Of a stretch of 64,000 nucleotides of DNA, positions 18,972 to 29,766 are shown piece by piece. The DNA comes from Pseudomonadota bacterium (lineage in GTDB: Bacteria > Bdellovibrionota_B > Oligoflexia > Silvanigrellales > Silvanigrellaceae). The stretch lies in contig JBDLRP010000039.1 of NCBI GenBank assembly GCA_039799905.1, positions 139,749-203,748 on the forward strand. The letters run 5' to 3'. Each line of letters starts with the position of its first letter. The first letter of the stretch is position 1. The notes beneath the pieces are model-generated. The model saw nothing but the letters and a program-made list of their open reading frames with translations. It was not told the origin of the DNA and did not search any database. The translations under genes and the position numbers were made by a program.

Positions 18972-19673
18972 TTAGTCCCGCACAGCCGCGCCAACATATA
19001 CTCCGGCCATCCGACGGGTGATTTTGAACTTCGGCCTAATTCTGAATTTTTCCATTGTCAGGGATGAAATACTCAAACCCGCCTGTTCAGTCGTCGTAAA
19101 GCCGTTATGCAACAATAAACCGAGTAATTCCTGCGGACGAATGAACTTGCGCCAATCGTGGGTACCGCGTGGAATACGTCCGGAAATCCATTCAAGAGCG
19201 ACAATCATCCAAACAAACGAAAAGGCCGTACGGTTGATTGTATCGTAGAAGAACAATCCCTGTGGTTTGAGAACCCGACGGACCTCCTGAAGAACCTTAG
19301 AGAGATCCGCCACGTGCTCCAACACATCAACACAAACAACGACATCAAAACTACCGTCGGCAGCAGGAATAGCTTCTCCGGTTCCGACCTTGTATTCAAT
19401 ATTCAGGCCTTTCCCCGATGAATGTCCTCGAGCGACGTTGAGCAAAGGTGCAGAAGGATCAACGCCGACAACAATTGCTCCGCGCTCAGCCAAAAACTCT
19501 GACACAAAGCCGCCACCACAACCCAAATCGAGGACGCGTTTGCCTTTCCAATCGCTCAAAGTGCGGTCAAAAAACTCAAATCGGGCGGGAATCATGTGCA
19601 CGAGATCCTGAAATGGACCAGAGTCATCCCACCACGAATCAGCCATGTCGCTGTATTGCTGCAAATTGTTCAT
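18972..19673 (-). CDS. ubiG: UbiG-like SAM-dependent O-methyltransferase
   Basis: WWDDSGPF, VLDLGCGGG, DTINRT, PRGTHDWRKFIRP. Confidence 0.8.
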   Translation of the reverse strand: MNNLQQYSDMADSWWDDSGPFQDLVHMIPARFEFFDRTLSDWKGKRVLDLGCGGGFVSEFLAERGAIVVGVDPSAPLLNVARGHSSGKGLNIEYKVGTGEAIPAADGSFDVVVCVDVLEHVADLSKVLQEVRRVLKPQGLFFYDTINRTAFSFVWMIVALEWISGRIPRGTHDWRKFIRPQELLGLLLHNGFTTTEQAGLSISSLTMEKFRIRPKFKITRRMAGVYVGAAVRD

Positions 19674-19794
19674 TGTCAGAGTCCGCCCCGCGCGCCACGT
19701 TGGCAAATTGAAACCAGCTAGTATAAACCAGGCCGCCGGTGATTTTCGTAACGGAACACCGCCGACAGGACCTGCTCATCATTCGGGAATCCAG

Positions 19795-21465
19795 ATGACG
19801 ACTCAGAATGCCACGCGTGCGCTGTTTTTCCAACCCGAAGAGGAGCAGAAACTCCGACAGCTGGTGGAGCGAAACCTCAATGCCGCCATCGATTTTCTCT
19901 CGCCCGATAAAGTGAATAAATTGCACAGCGATCTCAGCCTACCCGACCTCGAGGCTTTGTTCCGCGAGGTGGAAATTCCTGCGGATGGTCTTGGAGTCGA
20001 CAAAGCACTCGATCAGGCTATTGAGCGAGTCGTCAAACATTCGGTTCACGTTTCCGACCCTCACTACATTGGCCACATGACCGGTGTGACGCCGTACTTT
20101 CACATGGGGCTCGAACTGCTGATCGCAGCACTCAACCAAAACGTAGTCAAAATCGAAACCGCGCTCGCGGGCAGCTTTGTCGAAGGACAGCTGCTCGCAT
20201 GGATCCACCGGCTGGTCTACGGAAAAAACTCAGACTATTACAAAGCTCGGATGCACAAGCCAGACCTCTGTTTTGGCAACGTGACCAGTGGCGGCACGAT
20301 GGGAAATCTCACTGCGCTTGCCGTAGCGAGGAACAAAAAGATCCCGCGCTGCCGCGACTGGGGAATCTTGGAAGCACTTGAGCGCATGGGTAAAAAGAAG
20401 GTTGGTATCTATGCAAGCCGGCGCGTGCACTACTCCATCCGCAAGGCTGCTTCGGTGCTGGGGCTGGGAACCCAGTCGGTGCATGAAATTCCAGTTGTTC
20501 CCTTCACAAATCGCATAGACATTGCGGCACTCGAACAAACTCTGGCACAACATCAAGCTCAGGGTATTCTTCCGCTCGCCATTATCGGCGTTGCAGGTAG
20601 CACAGAAACGGGCAGTGCGGACGAACTCACACTGCTCGCATCAATAGCGCAAAAAACAGGTGCGTGGTTTCATGTGGACGCTGCTTGGGGTGGGCCACTG
20701 CTGATTTGCGAACAGGGAAAGAAGCTGCTCAAGGGTATTGAGTTGGCTGACTCAGTCATCCTCGACGGGCACAAACTTTTTTACGTACCAATGTCGCAGG
20801 GAATGGTGCTGTTCAAAGACGAGTCGGCGCTCGACGTCCTGCGCCACAACGCCCGCTACATCATCCGCTCCGGAAGTGTTGATTTGGGAAGAACGAGTCT
20901 TGAGGGAAGCCGCCGGTTTGATTCGTTCAAACTGTGGTTTGCACTCTGGGCTATGGGCCGCAGGAATTATGCGGCGCTGATGGAACACTCTCTGGCGCTC
21001 GGACGCTCTTTTGCAAAGCTCATCAATGAATCGGAAAATTTTGAACTGACAAGCGAAGTCACAAGCAACATCGTCACATGGCGCTTTGTCCCGGCGAACT
21101 GGAAGAACAAGCTGCAAATTTCGCGCGAAGCGGTGAACGGGCAAAAAAATCAGCACGTCAGGGATTCCGCGCTGCAGCAAATTACCGCCATGCTCAACGA
21201 GACGACGGTGGAAATACAAAAGATTCAACGACAAAGAGGACAAAGTTTTGTTTCCCGCACAACACTTGAATCGGTCATGATCGGTTTTGACACCGTCGTG
21301 TTTCGGGCAGTGCTGTTTCATCCACTCACATCCTCACAAACATTGTCCGAAGTACTCACTGAGCAAAAGAACATTGGGGAGTCGGTGCTCGCCCGTGTTT
21401 GGCCCAAGTTTGAAGCGCAGCTCGCGGATTGGGAAAAGCCTCTTTCGCAAGCAACGGAAAACTGA
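19795..21465 (+). CDS. panP: PLP-dependent group II decarboxylase, PanP-like aspartate 1-decarboxylase
   Basis: YIGHMT, LNQNVVKIET, SGGTMGNLTAL, HVDAAWGG, DGHK, DLGRTSLEGSR. Confidence 0.75.
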   Translation: MTTQNATRALFFQPEEEQKLRQLVERNLNAAIDFLSPDKVNKLHSDLSLPDLEALFREVEIPADGLGVDKALDQAIERVVKHSVHVSDPHYIGHMTGVTPYFHMGLELLIAALNQNVVKIETALAGSFVEGQLLAWIHRLVYGKNSDYYKARMHKPDLCFGNVTSGGTMGNLTALAVARNKKIPRCRDWGILEALERMGKKKVGIYASRRVHYSIRKAASVLGLGTQSVHEIPVVPFTNRIDIAALEQTLAQHQAQGILPLAIIGVAGSTETGSADELTLLASIAQKTGAWFHVDAAWGGPLLICEQGKKLLKGIELADSVILDGHKLFYVPMSQGMVLFKDESALDVLRHNARYIIRSGSVDLGRTSLEGSRRFDSFKLWFALWAMGRRNYAALMEHSLALGRSFAKLINESENFELTSEVTSNIVTWRFVPANWKNKLQISREAVNGQKNQHVRDSALQQITAMLNETTVEIQKIQRQRGQSFVSRTTLESVMIGFDTVVFRAVLFHPLTSSQTLSEVLTEQKNIGESVLARVWPKFEAQLADWEKPLSQATEN

Positions 21466-21556
21466 CTCAGGCTGGACAGCAAATACCGATTGCTAAATGT
21501 CTCCAACTGCTTACACTTTGAACTAGTCGCCAGTCGATTTGCCTTGGAGGATTTCA

Positions 21557-24133
21557 ATGGCTGATAAGAAAGCAAATGTCCGGACTCTTCCGTTGCTGCC
21601 CCTGCGGGAGCTTCTTGTTTTCCCGCACACGGTTGTGCCGTTGTTTGTGGGCCGCGAGAAGAGTATCAAGGCGCTCGACGACGCCATGTCGCGCAACCGT
21701 GAAATCTTCCTTGCCGCTCAGCGCAAGTCGAAGACCAACGACCCGACACCCGATGAGATTTACGAGTTCGGGACCATCGCACAAATTCTTCAACTCCTGC
21801 GTCTGCCGGACGGCACCGTAAAAATTCTGGTCGAAGGCAAGCGCCGTGGAAAGATCAGCCGCTACGTCGAGAGCAATGACCTGCTCGTCGTCGAAGTTGC
21901 CGAAATTGCCGAACCACCAGGGCAGGCTGTCGAGAACGAAGCGCTTGTCAGGACCGTCAAGGCGGCGTTCGACACCTACGTGAAGCTCAACAAAAAAGTA
22001 CCGCCGGAAATGGTTTTCTCGATCTCTTCGATCGAAGACGAGAGCCGTCTGGCTGACACTCTTGTTGTTCAACTGGCAAATCTCAAGCTGGCCGACAAAC
22101 AGAGAATTCTTGAGACTGTCGATCCGGCTAAACGGCTTGAGGAGATTTTTGGAATTATTCAATCCGAGATCGAAATCCTCCGGGTCGAGAAAAAGATCCG
22201 CGCGCGCGTCAAGCGTCAGATGGAGAAGACTCAAAAAGAATACTATCTCAACGAACAGATGAACGCGATTCAAAAAGAGCTCGGCAACTTCGACGACTCC
22301 CGCACTGAAATTGCAGAACTCGAGAGCAAGATTAAGTCCAAAAAACTCTCGGATGAAGCCCGCGAGCGTCTCAAGAAGGAACTCAAAAAACTGCGCGGCA
22401 TGAGCCCGATGAGCGCAGAGGCCACGGTAGTGCGCAACTACATCGATACAACAATTGGCCTACCCTGGGGTGAATTCAGCACACTCTTGCGTGACCCCAA
22501 GTTCAGTGAAGACGTTCTTGAAGCCGACCACTTCGGCCTCGAAAAAGTGAAAGAAAGAATTCTTGAGTATCTTGCGGTCACAAGCTTGTCCGACAAACTC
22601 AAGGGTCCCATTCTCTGCCTTGTGGGTCCTCCGGGCGTCGGTAAAACGAGCCTTGCACGCAGCGTCGCCCGCGCGACGGGACGCGAATTCGCCCGCATTG
22701 CGCTTGGTGGAGTGCGTGATGAAGCTGAAATCCGTGGCCACCGCCGCACGTACATCGGAGCGATGCCAGGTAAAATCATCAACGCGTTGAAGAAGGCTGG
22801 TACAAGCAACCCAGTCATTCTCCTCGACGAGATCGACAAAATGAGTTCCGACTTCCGCGGCGACCCAGCCAGCGCAATGCTGGAGGTTCTCGATCCGGAA
22901 CAAAACTCGACGTTCAACGACCACTATCTTGATATGGACTACGACCTTTCGCAGACACTGTTTCTGGCGACAGCAAACAACCTGCATTCGATTCCCAAGC
23001 CACTGCTGGACCGTATGGAGATCATCACACTGGGCGGCTACACCGAACAGGAAAAGGTCAACATCGCGCAACGGCATCTGGTGCCCAAAGCATCGAAGTC
23101 CAACGGTCTTGAGGCCACCGGCCTGAAGTTTGAAGACTCCGCGCTTGAAGAATTGATTCGCTACTACACACGGGAAGCCGGTGTACGCAGCCTCGAGCGC
23201 GAGATCTCGAGTGTCTGTAGAAAAATTGCGCGTCAGCTTCTCAAACAAAAGACCAGCGCCGAGGCGACTGGAAAATCAGGCAAAGCGGAAAAAGCTGCAA
23301 AAGCTGCGGCCCAGACAGCGCAAGCTGCGACGCCTGCGACCCAGCCGGCTGCAGACAAGACGGCAACCCAGGCGACGCAATCGGAGATCATCAAACTGGA
23401 TGGAATCAAGGCCGCGCCTGTGAATGATGCAACGATTCGCGAAAACCTCGGGCCACGCCGTTTCAGCATCAACGAAACGGGCGCACGCGACGAAATCGGC
23501 GTTTGTCAGGGCCTTGCCTACACGGAAGTCGGCGGCGACCTGCTCATCACCGAAGTGTCTGTGGTGACCGGCAAGGGCAACCTGAAGATCACAGGAAAGC
23601 TCGGCGAAGTCATGCAGGAATCCGCGCAGGCTGCTTTCAGCTACGTGCGAGCGCGCGCAGCGTTCCTCGGCCTCGAAGAGGATTTCTACTCGAAGATCGA
23701 CATTCATGTGCACTTCCCTGAGGGAGCAATTCCCAAGGACGGTCCAAGCGCGGGTATCACGATGGCGACGGCACTTGTCAGCGCCCTCACCAAGCGGCCC
23801 GTCAGCCGTGACATCGCCATGACCGGCGAAATCACTCTGCGTGGACGTGTGCTTCCGATTGGCGGGTTGAAGGAAAAACTCCTTGCAGCGCACCGTGGTG
23901 GCGTGAAGAAGGTCATCATTCCACGCGAGAATGAAAAAGATCTACACGAAATCCCAAAGAACGTTCTCGAGAAGATGACTGTCGTGGGTGTTGATCATGT
24001 GGACTCGGTTCTCTTCCACGCGCTTGCCTGGACCGAGACTGACGAGCTGCAGAACAAACTCAAGACCGCCGCCGAGCTCGCATCAATCAGCGCCACCCAG
24101 CGCGCCGCGACTCCAGAGGCATTGCGCCACTGA
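21557..24133 (+). CDS. lon: ATP-dependent Lon protease
   Basis: LPLLPLR N-domain, GPPGVGKT Walker A, LLDEIDK Walker B, PKDGPSAG catalytic Ser. Confidence 0.98.
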   Translation: MADKKANVRTLPLLPLRELLVFPHTVVPLFVGREKSIKALDDAMSRNREIFLAAQRKSKTNDPTPDEIYEFGTIAQILQLLRLPDGTVKILVEGKRRGKISRYVESNDLLVVEVAEIAEPPGQAVENEALVRTVKAAFDTYVKLNKKVPPEMVFSISSIEDESRLADTLVVQLANLKLADKQRILETVDPAKRLEEIFGIIQSEIEILRVEKKIRARVKRQMEKTQKEYYLNEQMNAIQKELGNFDDSRTEIAELESKIKSKKLSDEARERLKKELKKLRGMSPMSAEATVVRNYIDTTIGLPWGEFSTLLRDPKFSEDVLEADHFGLEKVKERILEYLAVTSLSDKLKGPILCLVGPPGVGKTSLARSVARATGREFARIALGGVRDEAEIRGHRRTYIGAMPGKIINALKKAGTSNPVILLDEIDKMSSDFRGDPASAMLEVLDPEQNSTFNDHYLDMDYDLSQTLFLATANNLHSIPKPLLDRMEIITLGGYTEQEKVNIAQRHLVPKASKSNGLEATGLKFEDSALEELIRYYTREAGVRSLEREISSVCRKIARQLLKQKTSAEATGKSGKAEKAAKAAAQTAQAATPATQPAADKTATQATQSEIIKLDGIKAAPVNDATIRENLGPRRFSINETGARDEIGVCQGLAYTEVGGDLLITEVSVVTGKGNLKITGKLGEVMQESAQAAFSYVRARAAFLGLEEDFYSKIDIHVHFPEGAIPKDGPSAGITMATALVSALTKRPVSRDIAMTGEITLRGRVLPIGGLKEKLLAAHRGGVKKVIIPRENEKDLHEIPKNVLEKMTVVGVDHVDSVLFHALAWTETDELQNKLKTAAELASISATQRAATPEALRH

Positions 24134-24168
24134 CATTTCCGGCCGTCTCTGCCGACCGGCAAAAAATG

Positions 24169-24209
24169 CCCTCTGTTAAGCTGTAAAGAGCTCAACGGAG
24201 GGTTTTTTC
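24169..24209 (+). terminator. Hairpin plus T-tract after lon, overlapping the kinase RBS
   Basis: CCCTCTGTT..AGCT/AGCT..AACGGAGGG followed by TTTTTT, directly before ATG 24210. Confidence 0.5.
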
Positions 24210-25313
24210 ATGGATGTTGAATTTGTTGAGCATCTAAAAACGCAATGGATGGGAATGATCGACGCACTTGAGGATCCTCTCGTGCTGGTCGACGAAAACT
24301 TTGTCATCCGCAGACAAAACCGCGCCTATGTTGAGCGCGCTGAAAACCCCAATCAGCTCGACATCCGCGGCTTTCGAGGCAAGAAATGCTACGAGGCATT
24401 TGCAGGAAGAACCTCTCCCTGCCCGCACTGCAAACTGCAGAAGTCACATCAGGACAGCATCAAATCGACTTGGCACAGCCGAGACATGTTTGCCGGACGC
24501 GAAATGGAAATCAGAGTCAGTCCGAACGTCGACAACGAAGATGGTGAGAACCTCACTGTTGTGCACTATCGTGATGTTACTCAGCAACGCGCATTGCAGG
24601 AGAGTCTCTCACGTGCCGACAAACTCGCAGCACTTGGCAAACTTGCCGGCGGAGTGGCGCACGAAATCAATAGCCCACTTGCAGGAATAATGGCCTTTGC
24701 ACAAATGGCGCTGCGCGAGATGAGCGAAGACGACCCGCATCGCGACGACATGCGCGAGATCGAGTCGGCAGCACAGAAATGCAAGGTTATTGTCGAAGGG
24801 CTTCTCGGTTTCGCGCGGCAGGATTCACCGGAATCATTTGAGGTTTATGATCTAACGGAAAGCATTCATTCCACCGTGCGACTGTCGAGAGCCATCATCC
24901 GAAAAGAGCGCATCCAACTCACGCTCAACCTTCCGCAGGGGCCGGTCTTTATCGAAGGGTCGCAAGGTCGTATTTCTCAGGTGATTCTCAACCTGATGAC
25001 GAACGCCATTTACGCAATGAGCGACGGCGGAGGCGAGCTGGAAATCAGCCTGATAGAACTCGAGACGAATGTCGAGTTGAAAATACGCGACACAGGTATT
25101 GGAATCGCGCACGAAAACCTGAAGAAAATCTTCGATCCTTTTTTCACGACCAAACCGATTGGCGAAGGAACCGGACTCGGTCTTGCCATCTCCTATTCGA
25201 TTGTCACCCAACACAAGGGATCAATCGCGGTCGAATCTTCGGCAGGAATAGGCACCACATTTACGGTCGTTTTACCAAGACATCTTCCCAACGCGGGTGA
25301 AGTGACGACATGA
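24210..25313 (+). CDS. Cytoplasmic PAS sensor histidine kinase (NtrB-like)
   Basis: H-box [11 protein letters not shown]-box [26 protein letters not shown]. Confidence 0.93.
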   Translation: MDVEFVEHLKTQWMGMIDALEDPLVLVDENFVIRRQNRAYVERAENPNQLDIRGFRGKKCYEAFAGRTSPCPHCKLQKSHQDSIKSTWHSRDMFAGREMEIRVSPNVDNEDGENLTVVHYRDVTQQRALQESLSRADKLAALGKLAGGVAHEINSPLAGIMAFAQMALREMSEDDPHRDDMREIESAAQKCKVIVEGLLGFARQDSPESFEVYDLTESIHSTVRLSRAIIRKERIQLTLNLPQGPVFIEGSQGRISQVILNLMTNAIYAMSDGGGELEISLIELETNVELKIRDTGIGIAHENLKKIFDPFFTTKPIGEGTGLGLAISYSIVTQHKGSIAVESSAGIGTTFTVVLPRHLPNAGEVTT

Positions 25314-26233
25314 TTGACATCAAAGACCTCGAAGCATTTCTGGCAATTGTCGACGGCGGTTCAATCTCTCACGCCGCCAACGGCTTGGGCCTGACACAGC
25401 CTGCGATCAGTTTGAAGCTGAAAAAAATGGAAGCTGAGCTCGGTGTGAAACTTTTTCAGCGCACACCGCGCAGCATGGTACCGCTCCCCACTGCCGAGGG
25501 AATCGTTCCCAAAGTCAGAGAGATCTTGAATAAGTTTGACGGGATCAAAGAAACGCTCAACGCAGAGGTCAGCGCACTTGAAGGCACCGTGCGGATCGGC
25601 TGTCTGATGGGTTGGTTCGATACACTCTTTTTGCCTGCCTTCGCAGCCGTTCATCAATCGGCTCCGCGATTGCAAATCAAGCTTCATGTCGATCAAACAG
25701 AGAGTCTTCTCCATATGGTCGCACACGGGCAGCTGGATCTGGCCATCGTGGCGCAGCCTTTCGTTCATACCGAAGACGTCCATGCAGAAAAGCTTCTTGA
25801 TGAGGAACTCGTGCTGTTTGGCCGGGCACTTCCGCGAATGAACAACAAAGAAGAGCGGCGCAAGGCACTGCTCAGTAGACCATGGGTCACCATGAGCATT
25901 CCCGACTCAATCGTCGATACCTTCTGGAATGAACTTTTCAACGGTCAGTCGTTCCCGTGGAATCAGGTGCAGGTTGCCGCTTGTCTCGACCACATCATAG
26001 CAATTCCAAAGATCGTCATGTCTCTTGAAAATGCACTGTGCGTGATCCCACGCCAGATCGTCGCGCAGGAAAGCCTTAAAAACGGCTTCGATATCGAAGG
26101 TGCCTCAATGCAAAAAAATGGACTTTTTTTGATTGCCCGTGCCGGTTGTCTTGAACTGAAACGTTTTGAGCTTGTCGCTGATGCGATGCGCACGCTTGCT
26201 CAACTGCAAACTCACTTACAGGCAGGTCACTAG
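25310..26233 (+). CDS. LysR-family transcriptional regulator
   Basis: N-terminal HTH SISHAANGLGLTQPAISLKLKKMEAELGVKLFQR. ATGA overlap with the kinase. Confidence 0.93.
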   Translation: MIDIKDLEAFLAIVDGGSISHAANGLGLTQPAISLKLKKMEAELGVKLFQRTPRSMVPLPTAEGIVPKVREILNKFDGIKETLNAEVSALEGTVRIGCLMGWFDTLFLPAFAAVHQSAPRLQIKLHVDQTESLLHMVAHGQLDLAIVAQPFVHTEDVHAEKLLDEELVLFGRALPRMNNKEERRKALLSRPWVTMSIPDSIVDTFWNELFNGQSFPWNQVQVAACLDHIIAIPKIVMSLENALCVIPRQIVAQESLKNGFDIEGASMQKNGLFLIARAGCLELKRFELVADAMRTLAQLQTHLQAGH

Positions 26234-26242
26234 AAGCAGTTT

Positions 26243-28258
26243 ATGAATCTCAACTCAATCATAGCAGTGAGAGGTGCTTTCGCCGTGGCTCTGATAGCTA
26301 CAGCGGCAACTATTTTTACGCTGTGGCTCCCCGATCGAAAGTCCAAACTGCAGGCAATAAGTCTGCTTCCTCCAGCAAAAAAACTTGGCACTCAAGGCGA
26401 ACTCACACCAGACAAGATTGCCGGCCTATTGTCTGAAAGTCCGCTTCAACCCACATCGAGTTCCGAAGGTGTCGTGAGTGAACCGGACGTCCCCACGGGT
26501 GTGAGTCTTCCCCCTGATGTTGAAATTCTCGGTTATGGTGAGTCGCAGTTTCTTGTCGACTCACGCTGGTCAACCATCCGCTATGTGGGCGAAACTCCCG
26601 CCGGCGCAGGTTACACAGGAAACGAATTGAACCGCAGACAAAAAGACGCACTTGGTACGGTTCATGACACCATTCCGGTAATCACTACGGCACAGACCAT
26701 TCACGAGATGATGGAGCAGTATTTCGCTCCGTTGCTCAAATCGCTGCCCCGCGGTGAAGACATATTGTCGCGCATCAAGGTGCAGGGAGCCTACTTCTCC
26801 CCACGCTCACGCTACATCACCGAAACGGACAGCGAGCGCGACAATGCGTTCATAGTTGGAGTGCAATCTCTTTATATCTATCCCAATTCCTGCTTCGACA
26901 AAGCCAACACAGTCATCTGTTCTCCGGTTGGCTACTCGGCAGGTCATGACCCGACAATCATCGGACACGAACTTGCCCACGTCATCTTCAACCACATGCG
27001 CGACGAACGCAGTCTCGAAGGTTGGCAATGGTTTGCTGTTAACGAGGGATACGCAGATTATTTTAGTGCGAGTTATTTTGGAGATCCTGTGCTTGGCAGG
27101 ATTTGGCGAGTTTCGCGCCCGAGCGGGGCAAGATATCTGCGGCGCCTGCTGGACACCCCGACAACCAACGACCCCAAGGCTCTGGAAGAAGGTCACGCAT
27201 TTGGTTCTGTGTGGAGTTCTGCGCTGTGGCGGAGTCGGAACAGAATCGTAACAAACTTCAAGGTGACGACCAGCGACTTTGACCGAGTGATACTGATGAG
27301 CATCAACTTCCTCGGCGAGTCAACCAAAACAAAATTAGGTGACGCCGCAGCCGCTGTGCTGAAGGCGGCTGAAATTCTCGGCCATTCCGATTGGAAAACA
27401 ACACTGCTCGAGGAATTCAGCAAAAGTGAGGTTGAACTCGCGCGCGGAGTGAAAATTTCTGCAGCCAAAGGCGAGGTCATCGAGGTAGAGCAAGGGGGAA
27501 TCCGCTGCGGACAAGTCTCACTTCCGGGCAACACACGCGGACAGCGCACAGCCCTTCCCTCCGCTGCATACCTCGTTTTGTTTGCTCCGCTCTTTGCCCT
27601 TTTGACCCGCAACAAGAGACTGGCAAAAGGCAAATGGTTTTCATTGTTCGTTCTGATTTTCTTGCCACTGCTGCAGGGCTGCCAACTTTCTTCGCTTTGG
27701 AAATCTCCTGAAAGTCAGCCGAGCGGATTAGCCATCATCTATCAGTGCAACCTCAATGCCCTGCGCGACGGAACTCCGCTGTTGCCCGTGCAACGGACGC
27801 TCTCCTTAACCTTTGCCGAAAGCGCTCCTGCCGATGTTCGCAACGAGCAAATCTTTGTCGGCGACGAGCGCTTTGAAAATGCCGACTCGGCCCTGCTGTT
27901 GATCGTCGATAAAGCCAGCCTGCGAATCGACCAATTCCGCAAACGGGACGGCAGCCTGTTCCAGCTTTATTTGGGACAAAAGTATTTGAATTCAGAAGAT
28001 GCCTTGGCCGTGCAGAATATGCGCCTTGCATCGATCATCATCGAGGGTGCCGCGCGTGCATGGAAAAATGAGTCGAATCAAAAGAAGCCTTCTGCATCAG
28101 GCGCATCCCGCAATGCCGTGAGTTTCGACATCACAGGTTCGCCCGCCACCGCGACCATCAGTCCCGAGATTACAGGCGCCCGCGGCTTCGGCCCGCTTGC
28201 CAGCGAGGTTAACCTCAACGGCACGTCGCTTTGCACCTATCAAAAGACAACGCGCTGA
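26243..28258 (+). CDS. Zinc metallopeptidase (M4/M36-like gluzincin) with internal sorting signal and C-terminal lipoprotein-like domain
   Basis: GHELAH (aa 242), NEGYADYF third ligand, HAFGSVWSSALW. Confidence 0.75.
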   Translation: MNLNSIIAVRGAFAVALIATAATIFTLWLPDRKSKLQAISLLPPAKKLGTQGELTPDKIAGLLSESPLQPTSSSEGVVSEPDVPTGVSLPPDVEILGYGESQFLVDSRWSTIRYVGETPAGAGYTGNELNRRQKDALGTVHDTIPVITTAQTIHEMMEQYFAPLLKSLPRGEDILSRIKVQGAYFSPRSRYITETDSERDNAFIVGVQSLYIYPNSCFDKANTVICSPVGYSAGHDPTIIGHELAHVIFNHMRDERSLEGWQWFAVNEGYADYFSASYFGDPVLGRIWRVSRPSGARYLRRLLDTPTTNDPKALEEGHAFGSVWSSALWRSRNRIVTNFKVTTSDFDRVILMSINFLGESTKTKLGDAAAAVLKAAEILGHSDWKTTLLEEFSKSEVELARGVKISAAKGEVIEVEQGGIRCGQVSLPGNTRGQRTALPSAAYLVLFAPLFALLTRNKRLAKGKWFSLFVLIFLPLLQGCQLSSLWKSPESQPSGLAIIYQCNLNALRDGTPLLPVQRTLSLTFAESAPADVRNEQIFVGDERFENADSALLLIVDKASLRIDQFRKRDGSLFQLYLGQKYLNSEDALAVQNMRLASIIIEGAARAWKNESNQKKPSASGASRNAVSFDITGSPATATISPEITGARGFGPLASEVNLNGTSLCTYQKTTR

Positions 28259-28265
28259 AAGAACC

Positions 28266-28829
28266 TCAAAAGAACGTGATATTGCGCGCGTCGCTCAGGT
28301 CTTCCTGAGAATCTTCGCTTCCGATTCCCAACTCACCGACAAAACCAAAACACAGAACTCCCCATCCCTCATTCAACTTGAAGGGAACGAGCAACCATTC
28401 TTCAGGAGCAGAGCCTGTTTCAAGGAGCGGCGCAGACTTCACCTTCTGTTGGGCACTGACCTGCATCTTGCAGCCCAGCTTGCCGAGTGAGCGCTGGATT
28501 TGTCCGGTGATCTGATTGCAGACTTCTCCAACAAGATCGCACATCATGGATTCGTCAGTTTTTGCGGGTGCGTTTGCAAAAATTTTATCGGCAAACGTCT
28601 TTGCCAGAGTCTTGTCCATGGAGAGTGTTACGTTGCCATGAAATTTGGCTCCGCTGACGCGGATTCCGGAGATATAGTCTCCATCCATGTATACCGAGCG
28701 ACGTACGGTAGGGGCTTGGTCTTCGACACTAACCCCCAAAGCGTTGCAAGCTTCCTTCAGCGAGGCCGAAAGAAGGTTCCGGATGGTGGGATTAAAACTT
28801 GAAACCGGCGCGCCCTTCATCGACGTCAT
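28266..28829 (-). CDS. CheX/CheC-family phosphatase-like protein
   Basis: ISGIRVSG..GNVTLSM and DLVGEVCNQITG (ExxN motif). Confidence 0.75.
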   Translation of the reverse strand: MTSMKGAPVSSFNPTIRNLLSASLKEACNALGVSVEDQAPTVRRSVYMDGDYISGIRVSGAKFHGNVTLSMDKTLAKTFADKIFANAPAKTDESMMCDLVGEVCNQITGQIQRSLGKLGCKMQVSAQQKVKSAPLLETGSAPEEWLLVPFKLNEGWGVLCFGFVGELGIGSEDSQEDLSDARNITFF

Positions 28830-28968
28830 GACAAAACCCCCAAGTATTCTCGTTTAGTGCAGCGTCTCAAACAGTGTCCACGACAGCGGGCTGCAAAACA
28901 ACACACGTCGTTCAAGTATTTGAACATCAGGCAGGATTTTCCCCGCGCGAGCACAGTATGATCGCCTC

Positions 28969-29766
28969 ATGAACACGCATGCTGCAAAACTCAACCTGCC
29001 GGCACCCAACAACACGACGTGGGGAATTCCCTATGTCGATGAAGAGCTCGCTGCCTCACGCGGACAAAATCCAAGCCTGCGACAATCGCTCGCGACCTCG
29101 GGCTGGTTGCTTGGCTTGAACGGTGTCCATGTCGGCGAAGACCTCAGACTCTATCCGGGGGTGAACACCATCGGAGCCTCGGCGCGTTGTGATGTTGTGG
29201 TCACAGCTCCTGATACAGGACGACAACACGCCATCGTCGACGTGATCTCTGGAGAATCCGCAATTTTGCATCCGGGCTCGAGCCGCCGACAACTCTGGTT
29301 GAATGATGAACTTTGCGAAAACGCAGCTCCACTTTGTCATGGCGACACCATCCAAATGGGCGAACAGTTGTTTGCGTTTGTCACACTTCTTCCGGTTCCA
29401 TCTGGAGAAAGCAACACAATTGTTTTGAGAGATCGCCTCACGTTCAGGACTCCCTGCACGGCAGGCTGGCTGATTGAACTCAACGGAAGAGCACAGGGCC
29501 GCGACTATCGACTTTTTTTCGGTGAAAACAACATTGGAAGCCAAGCAGGACTCGAAGTATCCATCGCAGATGCTGAAATAAAACCACGTCATTGTGTCAT
29601 CACTCGTCACAGTGAGAATTGGACTGTGGTTCCCTTATCAGTCACCGAGCCGCTGCTGGTGAACGGTATTCCGAGCACTGGAACTGGTCTCGAAAACGGA
29701 GACATTCTCACCTTTGGAAGAAGAGAATTTATGTTCCGTTGCATCAGATTGGTAGTCTCAAAATGA
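28969..29766 (+). CDS. Cytoplasmic tandem FHA-domain protein
   Basis: Two repeats of GWL..LNG...G.D.RL..G.N.IG ... H ... L..GD.I/L..G...F.F. Confidence 0.8.
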   Translation: MNTHAAKLNLPAPNNTTWGIPYVDEELAASRGQNPSLRQSLATSGWLLGLNGVHVGEDLRLYPGVNTIGASARCDVVVTAPDTGRQHAIVDVISGESAILHPGSSRRQLWLNDELCENAAPLCHGDTIQMGEQLFAFVTLLPVPSGESNTIVLRDRLTFRTPCTAGWLIELNGRAQGRDYRLFFGENNIGSQAGLEVSIADAEIKPRHCVITRHSENWTVVPLSVTEPLLVNGIPSTGTGLENGDILTFGRREFMFRCIRLVVSK

